This document shows, one piece after another, positions 32,513-43,335 of a DNA stretch of 64,000 nt. The notes below the pieces were generated by a model. The model was given only the letters and a program-made list of their open reading frames with translations. It ran no database searches and was not told where the DNA came from. The translations under genes and the position numbers were made by a program. Numbering within the stretch: position 1 is the stretch's first letter; the number at the start of each line of letters is the position of its first letter. The DNA comes from Cyanophyceae cyanobacterium (GTDB taxonomy: Bacteria; Cyanobacteriota; Cyanobacteriia; Cyanobacteriales; Laspinemataceae). The DNA lies in contig JBBQFN010000018.1 in NCBI GenBank assembly GCA_038321985.1, positions 1-64,000 on the forward strand, written 5' to 3'.

Positions 32513-33139
32513 TTAAGGAAAGAGAATCGCCCAAGTGGAAGGACCGACGATGCCATCGGGTTCTAAATTGTAGCGGCTTTGTAGTTCTCTGACAGAGTCT
32601 TCGGTCCGAGGACCAAAGACCCCGGTGGGGGAACCGTCAAAAAAACCCAGTTGATTGAGGCGCTGTTGTAGTTGCGCCACCCAATCACTTTCCATGCCTT
32701 GTCGCAGGATGGGGCGGGAGGATTGAATAAACGGAACAGACTGGGGATTGACCACACTGGATGCAACAGCCCCGGGGGAGGGCGGAAATAGGCGATTCCA
32801 GGTCCCCTCTCCGACAATGCCATCGGGGGTTAAACCTGCCGCCTGCTGAAATGCAGAAACTCCCCGCACCGTGCCATCGCTATAAATGCCATCAACGGGG
32901 CCATTATAATATCCCATCAGTTTGAGGACCGCTTGCAGTTCAGTGACCTCCTGACCTCGGGTGCCAGGTTGCAGGGTCGATCGCTGCACAAGTGGGATTT
33001 GCTGGGCTTGTGCGATCGCCTCTATGGGCCCCGAAATCAAGATTAGAGATAAACTCCCCAGCACAACGTTGGCTGTGGACCAGATCGAACGAATCGGATT
33101 CAATCGTACCCCTGTCAATGTCTCTACCCTCTTACTCAA
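32513..33139 (-). CDS. Secreted peptidoglycan-binding domain protein (2x PG_binding_1)
   Basis: V..LQ..L...G...DG.Y...T...V..FQ...GL..DGIVG..TW motif twice; signal-like N-terminus. Confidence 0.9.
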   Translation of the reverse strand: MSKRVETLTGVRLNPIRSIWSTANVVLGSLSLILISGPIEAIAQAQQIPLVQRSTLQPGTRGQEVTELQAVLKLMGYYNGPVDGIYSDGTVRGVSAFQQAAGLTPDGIVGEGTWNRLFPPSPGAVASSVVNPQSVPFIQSSRPILRQGMESDWVAQLQQRLNQLGFFDGSPTGVFGPRTEDSVRELQSRYNLEPDGIVGPSTWAILFP

Positions 33140-33225
33140 CTGACTTATTACTGATTTTATCCTTTGATGAGGGGGGAATCATCTCCGGATCAAGCAGATC
33201 GCGCTCAACCCTGCTGTAATCGGCT

Positions 33226-34542
33226 TTAATAAGCAGCAGATTCACACAGAGGGGCAATCTCAGCTTCGGGTCCCACCAAAGATACATAAGCCTGGGTCAG
33301 ATACCGAGCCGCGGCTTCCTGGGCCTCCGTTGGAGAAATTCCCGCCACTTCTTCGGTGAAGTGAGTATCGAAATCAATGCCGAGTCCTAAGATTTCATAC
33401 CACCCAAAGACTTGAGCGATTTGAGCGTTGGTTTGCTTGCCTAGGGCGTATTGACCGAGGAGCTTATTTTTGGCGGATTGTAACTCTTCTTCAAGCAGGG
33501 TGGTGTTGCTGAGGCGCTCAACTTCGGTTTGTAGACATTTAAGGGCGATCGCTGTATTTTCAGGAGCAGTCCCCATATAAACAACAAACGCCGCCTCTCG
33601 CAGCCGAGTCGGATAAAATGCCGAAACATCATACGCCAAACCCCGTTTTTCCCGCAGTTCCACAAATAAGCGGCTGGATAAGCCATTTCCCAAATAGGTA
33701 TTCAGTAATTTCAGGATGGTATAATCCCGCGAATCGGGATTCGATGGGTCACTCCCGAACACAGAAGGACCCAAATAGCCTGCCATAACGATTGACTGCT
33801 GGGTATCCTGGATGGAACTGAGAAATCGGGGATTGGGTTTTAACCGGGGTAATGTCAAGGGTTGCACGGGAACATCAGGGGCTTGCCAATCCCCAAACAC
33901 CTCTTCAACTAAGGCAGTTGCTTCTAAGGGGGCAATTCGACCCGTGAGACTAATCACCATGCGATCGGGGCGAAAATAGGTCTGATGATAGGTTTGTAAA
34001 TCTTCCCGAGTCAATTGAGAAACCGTTGCTTCGGTTCCTAGAACCGAACCGGCATAGGGGTGATCCGGGTACATCGCCCGACGCATCTGGTCATAACCAA
34101 TAGTAAAGGGTTGTTCCTGTTGAGAACGAATCCCTTGGATAGTCAGGCGGCGTTCTAGTTCCACTTCAGACTCGGGAAAAGAAGGCGATCGCAACAGTTC
34201 ATGGGACAGACGCAACAACTCCGGGAAATCCCCCGAAACCGTCTTTAAACTCAGCAAAAAATAATCCGGTGTCGTATCGGTACTGAGACTCGCCCCCACC
34301 GACTCTACTAATTCGGCAATTTCTAGGGACGATCGCCCTTCGGTCCCCTTCGTCAATACCGCAGACAGCAGATGCGACAATCCCGCCTGTGCCGGGGGTT
34401 CCCAAGAACTTCCGGCATTGATAAAAATCCGAGCAGCAATGATATCGGCAGCGGGATTTTCTACGGCAATCACCACCATGCCATTGTCCAAAACTGTGCG
34501 ATGAATTGTCTTTTGTAGCGATTGCGTCACGTTGTCTGTCAC
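33226..34542 (-). CDS. M16 peptidase, non-catalytic subunit
   Basis: M16 fold (SSRLFVELREKRGLAY) with HLLSA in place of HxxEH. Confidence 0.9.
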   Translation of the reverse strand: MTDNVTQSLQKTIHRTVLDNGMVVIAVENPAADIIAARIFINAGSSWEPPAQAGLSHLLSAVLTKGTEGRSSLEIAELVESVGASLSTDTTPDYFLLSLKTVSGDFPELLRLSHELLRSPSFPESEVELERRLTIQGIRSQQEQPFTIGYDQMRRAMYPDHPYAGSVLGTEATVSQLTREDLQTYHQTYFRPDRMVISLTGRIAPLEATALVEEVFGDWQAPDVPVQPLTLPRLKPNPRFLSSIQDTQQSIVMAGYLGPSVFGSDPSNPDSRDYTILKLLNTYLGNGLSSRLFVELREKRGLAYDVSAFYPTRLREAAFVVYMGTAPENTAIALKCLQTEVERLSNTTLLEEELQSAKNKLLGQYALGKQTNAQIAQVFGWYEILGLGIDFDTHFTEEVAGISPTEAQEAAARYLTQAYVSLVGPEAEIAPLCESAAY

Positions 34543-34593
34543 TGAAATTTGGTTCCTCGTATGGGTCTTGGGTGGGTTCGTCTAGGGTTTAAC

Positions 34594-35877
34594 TCAATCC
34601 AGGGGTTTGAGTTCTGTGACTGCGTAATATTTGGGACATAAATAGTAATTGGCTATCCTCTGCAAGTCTGCCGCATTATACGATTGAATGCAATCGGGAT
34701 AGGCGACTGCCGCCGGTGCCTCGGCAATGGTTTGATAGTAGCCATACAAACCCGCCAGTTGAGACGGGGTTTCCGTGGAAAAGGCGTAATCATTGCATAG
34801 CAAGCGTTGAGCACGAGCCAGTTCCGCTGAACTAATCGGTTGGGTCTGTAATTCGTCGATGCGATCGAGAATTACATTCTCTACCAAATTCAGGTGTTGA
34901 GGATCAAGCCATGCCCCAATTGTAAACAAGCTGGAATCCTGCTGGAGCGAAAAATCGCTACCGATGCCGTGAACCAGTCCGCGTATCTCCCGCAATTCTC
35001 GCACTAAGCGGGAATTTCGGCCCTCTGCCAGGACCACCGCCAGCAAGTCTAAACCATAGGCGTCATGCAACTGTTCCACCCCCGGTCCCGTCCAAGCTAG
35101 AGTCAACCTCGCCACTTCCAAGCGCGGTAAAAACAGTTCCCGACGCCGAATTTCCGTCATGGGTGGTTCCGCTTCCTGTTTGAGGTCCTCCCAATCCAGG
35201 GGGGTCGGAAAGCTATCAAATGACTTCTCTACTAAGTTGAGGGTTTCCTCTAAAGTCACGTTGCCGACGATCGCTACCGTCATATTCTCGGGTTGGTAAT
35301 GGCAGCGATGGAACATCCGCATTTCTTCAGGCGATCGCCCCATCAAAATCTCCGCCTGTCCAAATACCGGGCGTCTATAGGGATGCTGCTGGTAAATCGT
35401 CTCCATCATGGCTTGAAAACCCAACCAATCCGGGTTATCAACGGATTGCCGAATTTCTTCAAGCACCACATCCCGTTCTCTTATAAACTCATCATCGGGA
35501 ATCGCCGGATGCAGCAACAGATCCGCCAAGGCAGGCAGACTTTCTTTTAAATACGGTGCAGCAACGGTAATGAAGAAGTGGGCATAGTCATGACTCGTGG
35601 CGGCATTCGTCATCCCACCCCGATTTTCAATCAGACAATCAAAGGCACCCGGAGGCTGGTTGAGGGTACCTTTGAAAATCATATGTTCCAGGAAATGAGC
35701 CATTCCTGACCAGGTGTCAGGTTCGCGGATTGCACCTGCTTTAACCCACACATCCACCACCACTACGGGTGTGGCGCTGATATGTTGGTGAATCACGGTT
35801 AATCCATTCGCCAGCCTTACGATATTCCCTGGAAACTCTGATTTCTTGAGCAGTACAGACAATCTTTCTAATCTCAA
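34594..35877 (-). CDS. M16 zinc peptidase, catalytic subunit
   Basis: GMAHFLEHMIFKGT inverzincin motif, NAATS, ERDVVLEE. Confidence 0.93.
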   Translation of the reverse strand: MRLERLSVLLKKSEFPGNIVRLANGLTVIHQHISATPVVVVDVWVKAGAIREPDTWSGMAHFLEHMIFKGTLNQPPGAFDCLIENRGGMTNAATSHDYAHFFITVAAPYLKESLPALADLLLHPAIPDDEFIRERDVVLEEIRQSVDNPDWLGFQAMMETIYQQHPYRRPVFGQAEILMGRSPEEMRMFHRCHYQPENMTVAIVGNVTLEETLNLVEKSFDSFPTPLDWEDLKQEAEPPMTEIRRRELFLPRLEVARLTLAWTGPGVEQLHDAYGLDLLAVVLAEGRNSRLVRELREIRGLVHGIGSDFSLQQDSSLFTIGAWLDPQHLNLVENVILDRIDELQTQPISSAELARAQRLLCNDYAFSTETPSQLAGLYGYYQTIAEAPAAVAYPDCIQSYNAADLQRIANYYLCPKYYAVTELKPLD

Positions 35878-36988
35878 ACCTGAATTTAGTGATAAATTAT
35901 CTCATGCTAACGCTTTATTTCAACATTTGCTGCATGAATTGATACAGACCTCCAGGGCACAGGGGACAGGGAAGAGGAGAGAAGTTTCAGCCTCTTCAGT
36001 AGGAGGACCCCACCCACTTTTCCCCAAAACACAGAAGCGGGCTATTGTTTGGGTCTTCGGTCAACTTTTCCTACTCGTCTAATTAAGATAATTGGAATTT
36101 AACCCCTCTTGACATCAATGGGGTTGTGATCACCCATCCATTTTTATCCGGATGGAAGAATTTAGCGCCTGTGTTGTTTAGCAGAACAGTTACATTCGGT
36201 GGAGTGAGAAATTTACCCCCTTTCTACCGGAAAGTTTAGGGTTCAAATTTTCAATCCCTTCGCTTTAATCGTAAACCCTAACCTAATGGCGATCGCCCTT
36301 GCCTAAGGGCGTTACTTTTCACTCTATTTTTGCTATCTCACATTAGGTATTTTAGGTTTTCATTTTATATTTTGAGTTTTTGTAAACGACTCTGCGGTAA
36401 TTCTGGTTCGATAAAATTTAAAAGTTATCTTTTTGTTAAAATTAAAGGTTAACTTTTTTGATAAAAAATATTGAATCAACAAGGTATTAGCTGAAATATT
36501 TATATATTTTTTAAGAAAATAAACTAGAAAATGGCCTCTCTTCCTAGGGTTTGGCTAGAGCGCCATTTATTCTAATCAATTAAAAATAAAAGAAAGATAC
36601 ACAGACAGAAGGTGAGACAACTTTGTACAGGGGTGCTTCATGTCCCCCGGATATAGAAAAGTTATCTCTTGAAGTAGGCCAAGGAGTCATCCAGAATGGT
36701 TTGTCGTCTCGTTCTGAACACAGAGCAGGGCAATGGCTCCGTCTGAAAATGGGCGATTGATTGACTTTGGAAAGAGAAGCTACCGAGTCAAAAATCGCCA
36801 CTGGGTTAAACTTTGACTCACTTTATTTTTTATGCCGAAAAAGAATATTCCCTCCCTCTAAGTCGCCATAGAGCTACTTTCGTATCCGGCTTTCCGCAAT
36901 TTGAGGGGAGAGAGAGACGGATAAGTGAACAAGGCGCTATCCCAACCACTTAATAATAATGAATAGGACGAATTTATTTTTCAAATGT

Positions 36989-37074
36989 TCCGGATATTAG
37001 GGCCTTTCTGATGAGAGTGTTTGACCTCTAAAAAATTATTAATTTAGCCGGATGTTTTCTGGAGATTCCGTAGA
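36989..37074 (+). promoter_or_regulatory. DIF1-like motifs upstream of the RGSGR ORF
   Basis: TCCGGA at 36989-36994; GCCGGA at 37047-37052 followed 17 nt later by GTAGA. Confidence 0.45.
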
Positions 37075-37105
37075 AATAAATAACAGTTAAAAAGAGGAAT
37101 CATCT

Positions 37106-37282
37106 ATGAGCATCTACAAATGCTTTGTCTTCTCTACTCTCCTAGTTGTGGGAATAACCGCCAACTTTTCAGGCATTGAATATCTTACAGCCAAAGAAAA
37201 TAAATCTGATGCGATCGAGCAAATTGCCAGTGCTGGTGGTGCGAATGGAACTGAACCGGATCATCGAGGAAGTGGACGCTAA
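37106..37282 (+). CDS. 58-aa PatX/PatS-like RGSGR signalling peptide precursor (absent from ORF track)
   Basis: My translation: MSIYKCFVFSTLLVVGITANFSGIEYLTAKENKSDAIEQIASAGGANGTEPDHRGSGR*; aagagga SD; hydrophobic N-terminal signal; C-terminal PxHRGSGR. Confidence 0.8.
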   Translation: MSIYKCFVFSTLLVVGITANFSGIEYLTAKENKSDAIEQIASAGGANGTEPDHRGSGR

Positions 37283-37860
37283 GAAACAAACCGATCGCCC
37301 TATTGACAATCTCCCTGATCGTTCACGGGTCCAGATCAACGCCGAGCTAAACCGAGGCGGGTTTAAACTAAAAAATCCCTACAGTGTATGGGGTTCGCTC
37401 TCTACCCAGAGCGCAAGTCAAGTATTAATTACAGGGTGCATCATTCCATCTTTCTGGTCATTCCCGTTAGTCATGACACCGAATTAAAGCGCATCATTTT
37501 TATTTGTAGAACAATCGCCATTAAACCCGATGGAGGGCGATCGCGTAAAGAAAGAAAAGAGTGCCTTCTTAAGGTGCTATCCGGTCGGAGTGTGGTGGAA
37601 GTCGCAACGACAGAAGTAATAACTCAGAGAACTAAAAAAGTAGATTAAAGGAGGGTAAACCGAACGGTTTGCCCAATTTTCCATGTTAAGGCTAACGGTC
37701 TGAGTTACTCAAAAGCGTCTGGATACATGACTTAGAGTCCTCAGAACCCCTCCTCCAGCGCTTTAAACTCGGGTAGACGGTAGAAACATCCACCGAACCT
37801 GGAAGGATGCCTGCTGATTTAGGTAAAATTTAAGAAACGTAACGTAAACAGGCAAGCTAG

Positions 37861-38466
37861 ATGATCCCAACCGTAATTGAACAATCTGGGCGTGGTGAAC
37901 GCGCCTTTGATATCTACTCTCGCCTTCTGCGCGATCGCATCGTCTTCCTCGGACAACAGGTGGATGCAGACCTAGCGAACCTGATTGTCGCCCAATTGCT
38001 CTTCCTAGAAGCCGAAGACGCTGAAAAAGATATCTACCTCTATATCAACTCTCCGGGTGGATCGGTAACCGCAGGCATGGGAATTTTCGACACCATGAAC
38101 CACATCCGCCCCGAGGTTTGTACAATTTGTCTGGGTTTAGCAGCCAGCATGGGTGCTTTCTTATTAAGTGCCGGTGCGAAAGGGAAGCGGATGAGCTTGC
38201 CTCATTCCCGGATTATGATTCACCAACCCCTCGGGGGCGCGCAAGGGCAGGCGACGGATATTGAAATCCAAGCTAAAGAAATTCTGTACCACAAAAAACG
38301 GCTGAATACCTTGCTCTCCGAGCATACAGGTCAGCCCCTTGAGCGGATCGAAGAAGATACAGAAAGGGACTTTTTCATGTCCCCTCCAGAATCGGTGGAC
38401 TACGGACTCATCGATCTCGTCATCGATCGCCGTCCCTCTGCCAACCGTCCCGTAGCTGTAAGTTAA
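37861..38466 (+). CDS. clpP: ATP-dependent Clp protease proteolytic subunit
   Basis: [39 protein letters not shown]. Confidence 0.97.
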   Translation: MIPTVIEQSGRGERAFDIYSRLLRDRIVFLGQQVDADLANLIVAQLLFLEAEDAEKDIYLYINSPGGSVTAGMGIFDTMNHIRPEVCTICLGLAASMGAFLLSAGAKGKRMSLPHSRIMIHQPLGGAQGQATDIEIQAKEILYHKKRLNTLLSEHTGQPLERIEEDTERDFFMSPPESVDYGLIDLVIDRRPSANRPVAVS

Positions 38467-38704
38467 CTCAATCTCCAGTTCCCTCCGGAACAAGCCTTTT
38501 ATACCTGTGGCTACCCGGTTGACCTAACATTGATTTTTTTGGCTCCCCCCTTGATCAGGGAGGGAGCCAAATGGGCTTGGAGAGCTGGTTAAACCTGGGG
38601 TAGAGGGTGACTTTCACCCCTATAATTTGACAAAAATTTTAGAGCAAACCGGGAAAAAGGCCCCGTTTTTTACTCTAAACTTTCGGCTCTTGCGGCTAAC
38701 ATCT

Positions 38705-39568
38705 CTAAGAAGGGCTAGGCTGGTTTTTTAGATACGTTAAGAATTCCAGCAATTGGTCTTCGGAGAGATAGGAACGGGAGGGGACGCCGTAGTGCTGTTT
38801 AAGATGGTTACGCCCTTGGTCGTTGGTCCAGCCTAGGCGTTTAATTTCAATCGTAGTTTGGGCGATCGCATCAGATAAATCTATCGAACCCGATTGAGTA
38901 GCCTTAGTCTGAGTATCTTGGGAACCCTCGGAAATAGCACCTGGAACAGCATACTCGTTCGAGAGACTTGCCCTGGATTCAGTCGCAGAGTTGTAGTCCG
39001 AGAACGGATCTGCAGCTGCCCGAGTGGGAGTCTCGGGGAATCCAGATGTTTCAGGTAAACTCTGGGGGATGAACTCGGTGTGAGTACCCAGGCTGTCGCT
39101 ATCTCCCCCTCCCGATAGCCATTCAAGACTGGCAGTAGACTTTTCCACCTCTGATAGTGGGGGTATTTCAGGTGTGGCCGGGATGCTAGATTCCGGGAAT
39201 CCGGGCGAACTCATGGGGGGCGAAGTCGGTCTAGCCCGAGTTTTGCCTTGTCCCAAATGTAGTGTATTAAAAGCGGGAGCCGATGCGGTGGAAGTTAACG
39301 GCGACTCCGGCAAGTCCCGGGAGGGTGTGGCTTCAGAGGGGGCGGGGGATGTTCCTAAAACCGCGATCGCCCTCACTCGGGCGCGGTCTTCGGCTTGTTC
39401 GATCGTCGGTTCCGCAGCCATTCCGGTCGCGAGAGTCACCCCGTCCATTTGTACAAAGGCCCGCACCACATAGAGTCCTTGATAAAGGGTGAGTAATTCA
39501 GAAATTAAACTGGCGGTTGGATAGCGAGAGCGAAATTCAATCAACATCATGGGTGAAGATAGGATCAA
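38705..39568 (-). CDS. Conserved cyanobacterial hypothetical protein
   Basis: FRSRYP..SLISEL N-domain, Pro/Ser-rich linker, C-terminal EIKRLGWT...SR..L helical domain. Confidence 0.75.
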   Translation of the reverse strand: MILSSPMMLIEFRSRYPTASLISELLTLYQGLYVVRAFVQMDGVTLATGMAAEPTIEQAEDRARVRAIAVLGTSPAPSEATPSRDLPESPLTSTASAPAFNTLHLGQGKTRARPTSPPMSSPGFPESSIPATPEIPPLSEVEKSTASLEWLSGGGDSDSLGTHTEFIPQSLPETSGFPETPTRAAADPFSDYNSATESRASLSNEYAVPGAISEGSQDTQTKATQSGSIDLSDAIAQTTIEIKRLGWTNDQGRNHLKQHYGVPSRSYLSEDQLLEFLTYLKNQPSPS

Positions 39569-40453
39569 TACTTAATATTTTAAGGGCGCAGATTGGGTTC
39601 GGGAGATTTTATGCCATTCAATGCTACAATGCCAGAAAACAGGCCAATTTTGAAAGACCCTACGGCAAAACTCGCCGCCTTATTAGTAAAGCCCTCCCGC
39701 CTGATCGCCAGAGAGCTCCGCTAACGGCAGATATCAATTCCCTCGGGAGAGAAGTCAGAAACCATGCCGCAAGAACAAGCAACAACTCGTTTTTCTGAGT
39801 TGGATATCTAACAGATACGGCAGCAACTCGTTAGAGTTTTCCAGTATCTTTAGACCGGGGAATGTTAAATCCCCAGGCATGGCGACCCAGTTTGAGGGGG
39901 TTCTACACCTAACAACCGCTCCTTCGCTGTGGCTGATGTCCCTGAGTGGATAGATCTGGTTAATAAATCACCGGCAAGTGAGTAGCGCTTCTGGTATGCG
40001 CTCTTGTTTTGTCTTTAGGGAGGTAAGCGCGATCGCCATCGATGCATTTCGCGCCAGTCAACCCTCCTGTTTTTCTGTGTAGGTAGCCGGTAAGTGATCC
40101 AAGTCATGACGAAATGTTGGCTCGAATAGCTTGGAAACTTCACGCCGATGCTGAAAAAGTCGCGCTACGCGCGTCGCCAACGCGTCTGTAAGTTCTAATT
40201 CGGATGGGTCGCTCGGGGAGTATGATACGATAACGACCTCCGTTGAAAACTGACAGGGGATTGACGCGATGCAACTGTTTTGGCTTGAAAGTTGGCGTCA
40301 CTGTAGCTTGTCTAAAGTCAAACGAGTTCAACAAGGGGATACTCGTCATTTGCGTCACCTTTGAGGCTCGGCTCGATTGAGAACAAGCAGCAACACCAGA
40401 CATTTGATGCCTGGAAAGAGAACCGAATGGATAAAAGAAGGATCGATCTCTGA

Positions 40454-42859
40454 ATGGACTTTTCAATCGCTACACTACTGGCAAATTTTACCGATGATAA
40501 ATCGGTGGCTCCCAAGATCTTAGAGAAGAAACTGGGGTGTCAGGATGAAAAAAGCACGCGCTACTTACAAATAGCGCTCGATGCGTTGGAAAAAATCGGC
40601 GTGCTTGTTAAGGAAAAAGGTCGATATCGGCGGGTTTGGGAAGAAAGTCTCGTAGAAGCGAAACTTCGATGCTCTAGCAAAGGGTTTTGCTTTGCGATTC
40701 AGGATACAGAGGGAACTGAGGATATTTACATCCGCGAATGTCATTTAAGTAATGCTTGGAATGGCGATCGCGTGTTGGTGAATATCATTAAAGAAGGCAG
40801 TCGCCGCCGTTCTCCCGAAGGAGAGGTTAAGTTAATCCTAGAACGTGCCAACCCGTCGGTGCTAGCCCGAGTCAAGCAAACGGGAAGTCGCTATCTAGCC
40901 GTTCCTCTAGACGATCGCTTGTTATTTGAACTCGACCTCAAACAAAATGGGGTTTCCCTAAATGATGCGGTAGAACATCTGGTTCACGTTGAAGTGTTGC
41001 GTTATGCCCTGGGTAGCAATCCTCCCCTCGGGCGCGTCGCACAAATTCTCGGATCAGATGCAGAAGATGCTAATGACCTGGATATTGTTTGCTGTAAGCA
41101 TGATCTGCCGCGCTCTTTCTCTCAAGTCGTTCTCGATGAGATCGCCGATTTACCGAAACCCCTGCGCAAGACTGAGATAAAAGGTCGCTTGGACTTACGC
41201 AGTCTCCAAACGATTTCCTTTATGCCCTCCTCTAGACTCCGGAGTTCGATTCCGACTGTCGAACACGCCTTTAGTCTAGAGACTCTCAAAAGTGGCGAGT
41301 GGCGTCTGGGTGTTCACATATCAGATGTCGATCACTATGTCAAGGCAGACACCGCCTTGGATCGCGAAGCCCGCAGGCGATCGGTGTCTGCACATCTGGG
41401 TGACATGGTGTTGCCAATTATTCCCGAACAGTTGGCGTTGGATTCCTGCTCGTTACTCGCGGGGGAAGACCGGCTGACCCTCTCAGTGTTAGTCATTTTA
41501 GACGATGATGGTGTGGTGGATTTTGAAATTAAACCCAGTGTCATCAAGGTTGACTATCAAGTGAGCGATCGCCAAGCACAACCGATCCTGGACAAATTGC
41601 AGGAAAAACAACTTGATCCAGAAATTATCCCCGCTTGGTGGCTGGAGTTTCGAGAACGTCAAAAATCCCTGGACGAGGCTGAACCCTTACCCGGCCCGAT
41701 CTCCCAAGCCCTGGAACAAATGTTCAAGTTGAGCTATGCCATGCAAAACTGGCGTCGCTCTCGCGGGGGTTTTGACCTGAATCTACCGCCGAATCAATAT
41801 GGCACTTGTCCCTCGGTTTATGACGATGAAGGAGCAGAAGGAGCGATTTCTCTTTCTTCTCACATTACCTCTCAAGGGATGCTATGTGAGTTTACCATTC
41901 TCGCAAACCAACTGGTTGCTACTCACTTACAGCAATTAGGGGTTCCCGGAATTTACCGGATACAAGCGGCTCCCGACCTCGAACAAGTGGATGAGTTGAT
42001 CAAACTCGCGAGCAACATGGGGGTAGAAGTCATGCTGGATGACCCAGAAGACGTTACGCCTGTTGACTTCCAGGACTTTACCGAAGTCTTTGCAGCCTCT
42101 CAGTGTGAGCGAGTTCTGACTTATCTGCTGGAAGATACCTTAAAGCCAGCCAGTTACACCACAACTCCAGGCTCTCACTTTGGGTTGGCCTTAGATACGG
42201 GATATACTCACTTTTGTTCTCCTATACAACGGTATGCTGACCTGTTGGTACAGCGCTTGTTAAAAACCGTATTTGAGGAAGGACGCGATCGCAAATCAGC
42301 TCGTTCTAAAGAGTTCGTCGATCTGCATAGCAGTAACAGTCACGGCGAAATTTCCTGGAATGTTCTATCTCCGACCACGCAGAGCGAATTTGAGAGTCAC
42401 TTCGCCACCATCGTCGGTCATCTGAGCGATCGCGAAAAGTTAACCCAAGAAGCAGAAGCGGACCTTCAAGGACTCAAAAAAGCCGGACTGATGAAGGCAC
42501 GCACCGGCGAAACCTTCAGCGGATTAATCACCGGAGTTCAATCTTACGGCTTCTTTGTAGAAATCGAAGTCGAAGGACCCGAGGGGATTCCTCTGCGTCT
42601 GGAAGGACTCGTGCACGTCTCATCCCTCAAAGATGACTGGTATGAGTATCGTTCTCGCCTGCAAACTCTCGTCGGTCGAAAAAACCGTAAGCAATACAGC
42701 TTAGGGGATATCGTCGAAGTTCAAGTTAAAAGTGTGGATTACTACCGTCAACAAATCGACCTTGTGGCAGTCGGTGGCGGCAGTGAAGCCAGTAGCGAAG
42801 AATATACCGAATATCGCGAGCGCGAACGGAATTATTATGATTACGAGGAAGATATTTAA
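40454..42859 (+). CDS. zam: RNase II/R family protein, Zam-like (catalytic aspartates degenerate)
   Basis: HTH-CSD-RNB (YTHFCSPIQRYADL)-S1 architecture; lies between clpP and ubiX. Confidence 0.75.
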   Translation: MDFSIATLLANFTDDKSVAPKILEKKLGCQDEKSTRYLQIALDALEKIGVLVKEKGRYRRVWEESLVEAKLRCSSKGFCFAIQDTEGTEDIYIRECHLSNAWNGDRVLVNIIKEGSRRRSPEGEVKLILERANPSVLARVKQTGSRYLAVPLDDRLLFELDLKQNGVSLNDAVEHLVHVEVLRYALGSNPPLGRVAQILGSDAEDANDLDIVCCKHDLPRSFSQVVLDEIADLPKPLRKTEIKGRLDLRSLQTISFMPSSRLRSSIPTVEHAFSLETLKSGEWRLGVHISDVDHYVKADTALDREARRRSVSAHLGDMVLPIIPEQLALDSCSLLAGEDRLTLSVLVILDDDGVVDFEIKPSVIKVDYQVSDRQAQPILDKLQEKQLDPEIIPAWWLEFRERQKSLDEAEPLPGPISQALEQMFKLSYAMQNWRRSRGGFDLNLPPNQYGTCPSVYDDEGAEGAISLSSHITSQGMLCEFTILANQLVATHLQQLGVPGIYRIQAAPDLEQVDELIKLASNMGVEVMLDDPEDVTPVDFQDFTEVFAASQCERVLTYLLEDTLKPASYTTTPGSHFGLALDTGYTHFCSPIQRYADLLVQRLLKTVFEEGRDRKSARSKEFVDLHSSNSHGEISWNVLSPTTQSEFESHFATIVGHLSDREKLTQEAEADLQGLKKAGLMKARTGETFSGLITGVQSYGFFVEIEVEGPEGIPLRLEGLVHVSSLKDDWYEYRSRLQTLVGRKNRKQYSLGDIVEVQVKSVDYYRQQIDLVAVGGGSEASSEEYTEYRERERNYYDYEEDI

Positions 42860-43063
42860 TATCCCTTGAATTTTAATAATGAGCAGCGATCGGTCCGACC
42901 AGAAATGTCGATGACGCGATGGATAAAGCCCGCCTGATCGCGGGCTTAATTTTTAAGGATTTTCTACCCCGCCTAGGGGAAGCGATCGCTTACTCGAACA
43001 AAGATTTGTTGCGTGGATTTGTCGGGCTTATTACAATAGTAGGGAACAAGACGCTCCCAAAAT

Positions 43064-43168
43064 TATAGCGTTTCCCAGACTACTTATACCCCACGGATAG
43101 CTATGAAGAGTAGGAGTGCGAATGCTTTCGGCACCCCTAAAAAATATCTCATCCCTGGGGGAAGCGCT
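43064..43168. mobile_element. Degenerate MITE-like element with an internal REP-like palindrome
   Basis: tatagcgtttcccag ... ctgggggaagcgct imperfect terminal inverted repeats; internal gtaggagtgcgaatgctttcggcaccccta. Confidence 0.4.
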
Positions 43169-43335
43169 CTCTCTCGTTAATCCTCTGGTCTAAATGATTT
43201 AGAAGATTTAGACGGGCTATATTTACAATTTTTTCCTAGAATGATAGGATAATATTTAGTAAATTTTATCCTAAAATATGGTTTGCCCCTATTTAATAGT
43301 TAAAACCCCCTTAATTAATAAAAAAGGAGAATATT

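Noticed and set aside
37315..37380. ATCGTTCA start resembling a glutamine riboswitch
   Set aside because: The downstream conserved CGGAAG/P1 partner is not present
37176..37648. Track ORFs 37176-37487 and 37388-37648
   Set aside because: Weak starts and no motifs; the first overlaps the better-supported RGSGR ORF in another frame
38538..38570. Hairpin after clpP as an intrinsic terminator
   Set aside because: The GC stem is clear but has no downstream U-tract on either strand, so the function is uncertain
39517..40515. Short ORFs or a riboswitch in the long region upstream of zam
   Set aside because: No recognisable motif, SD or known RNA structure; left unannotated
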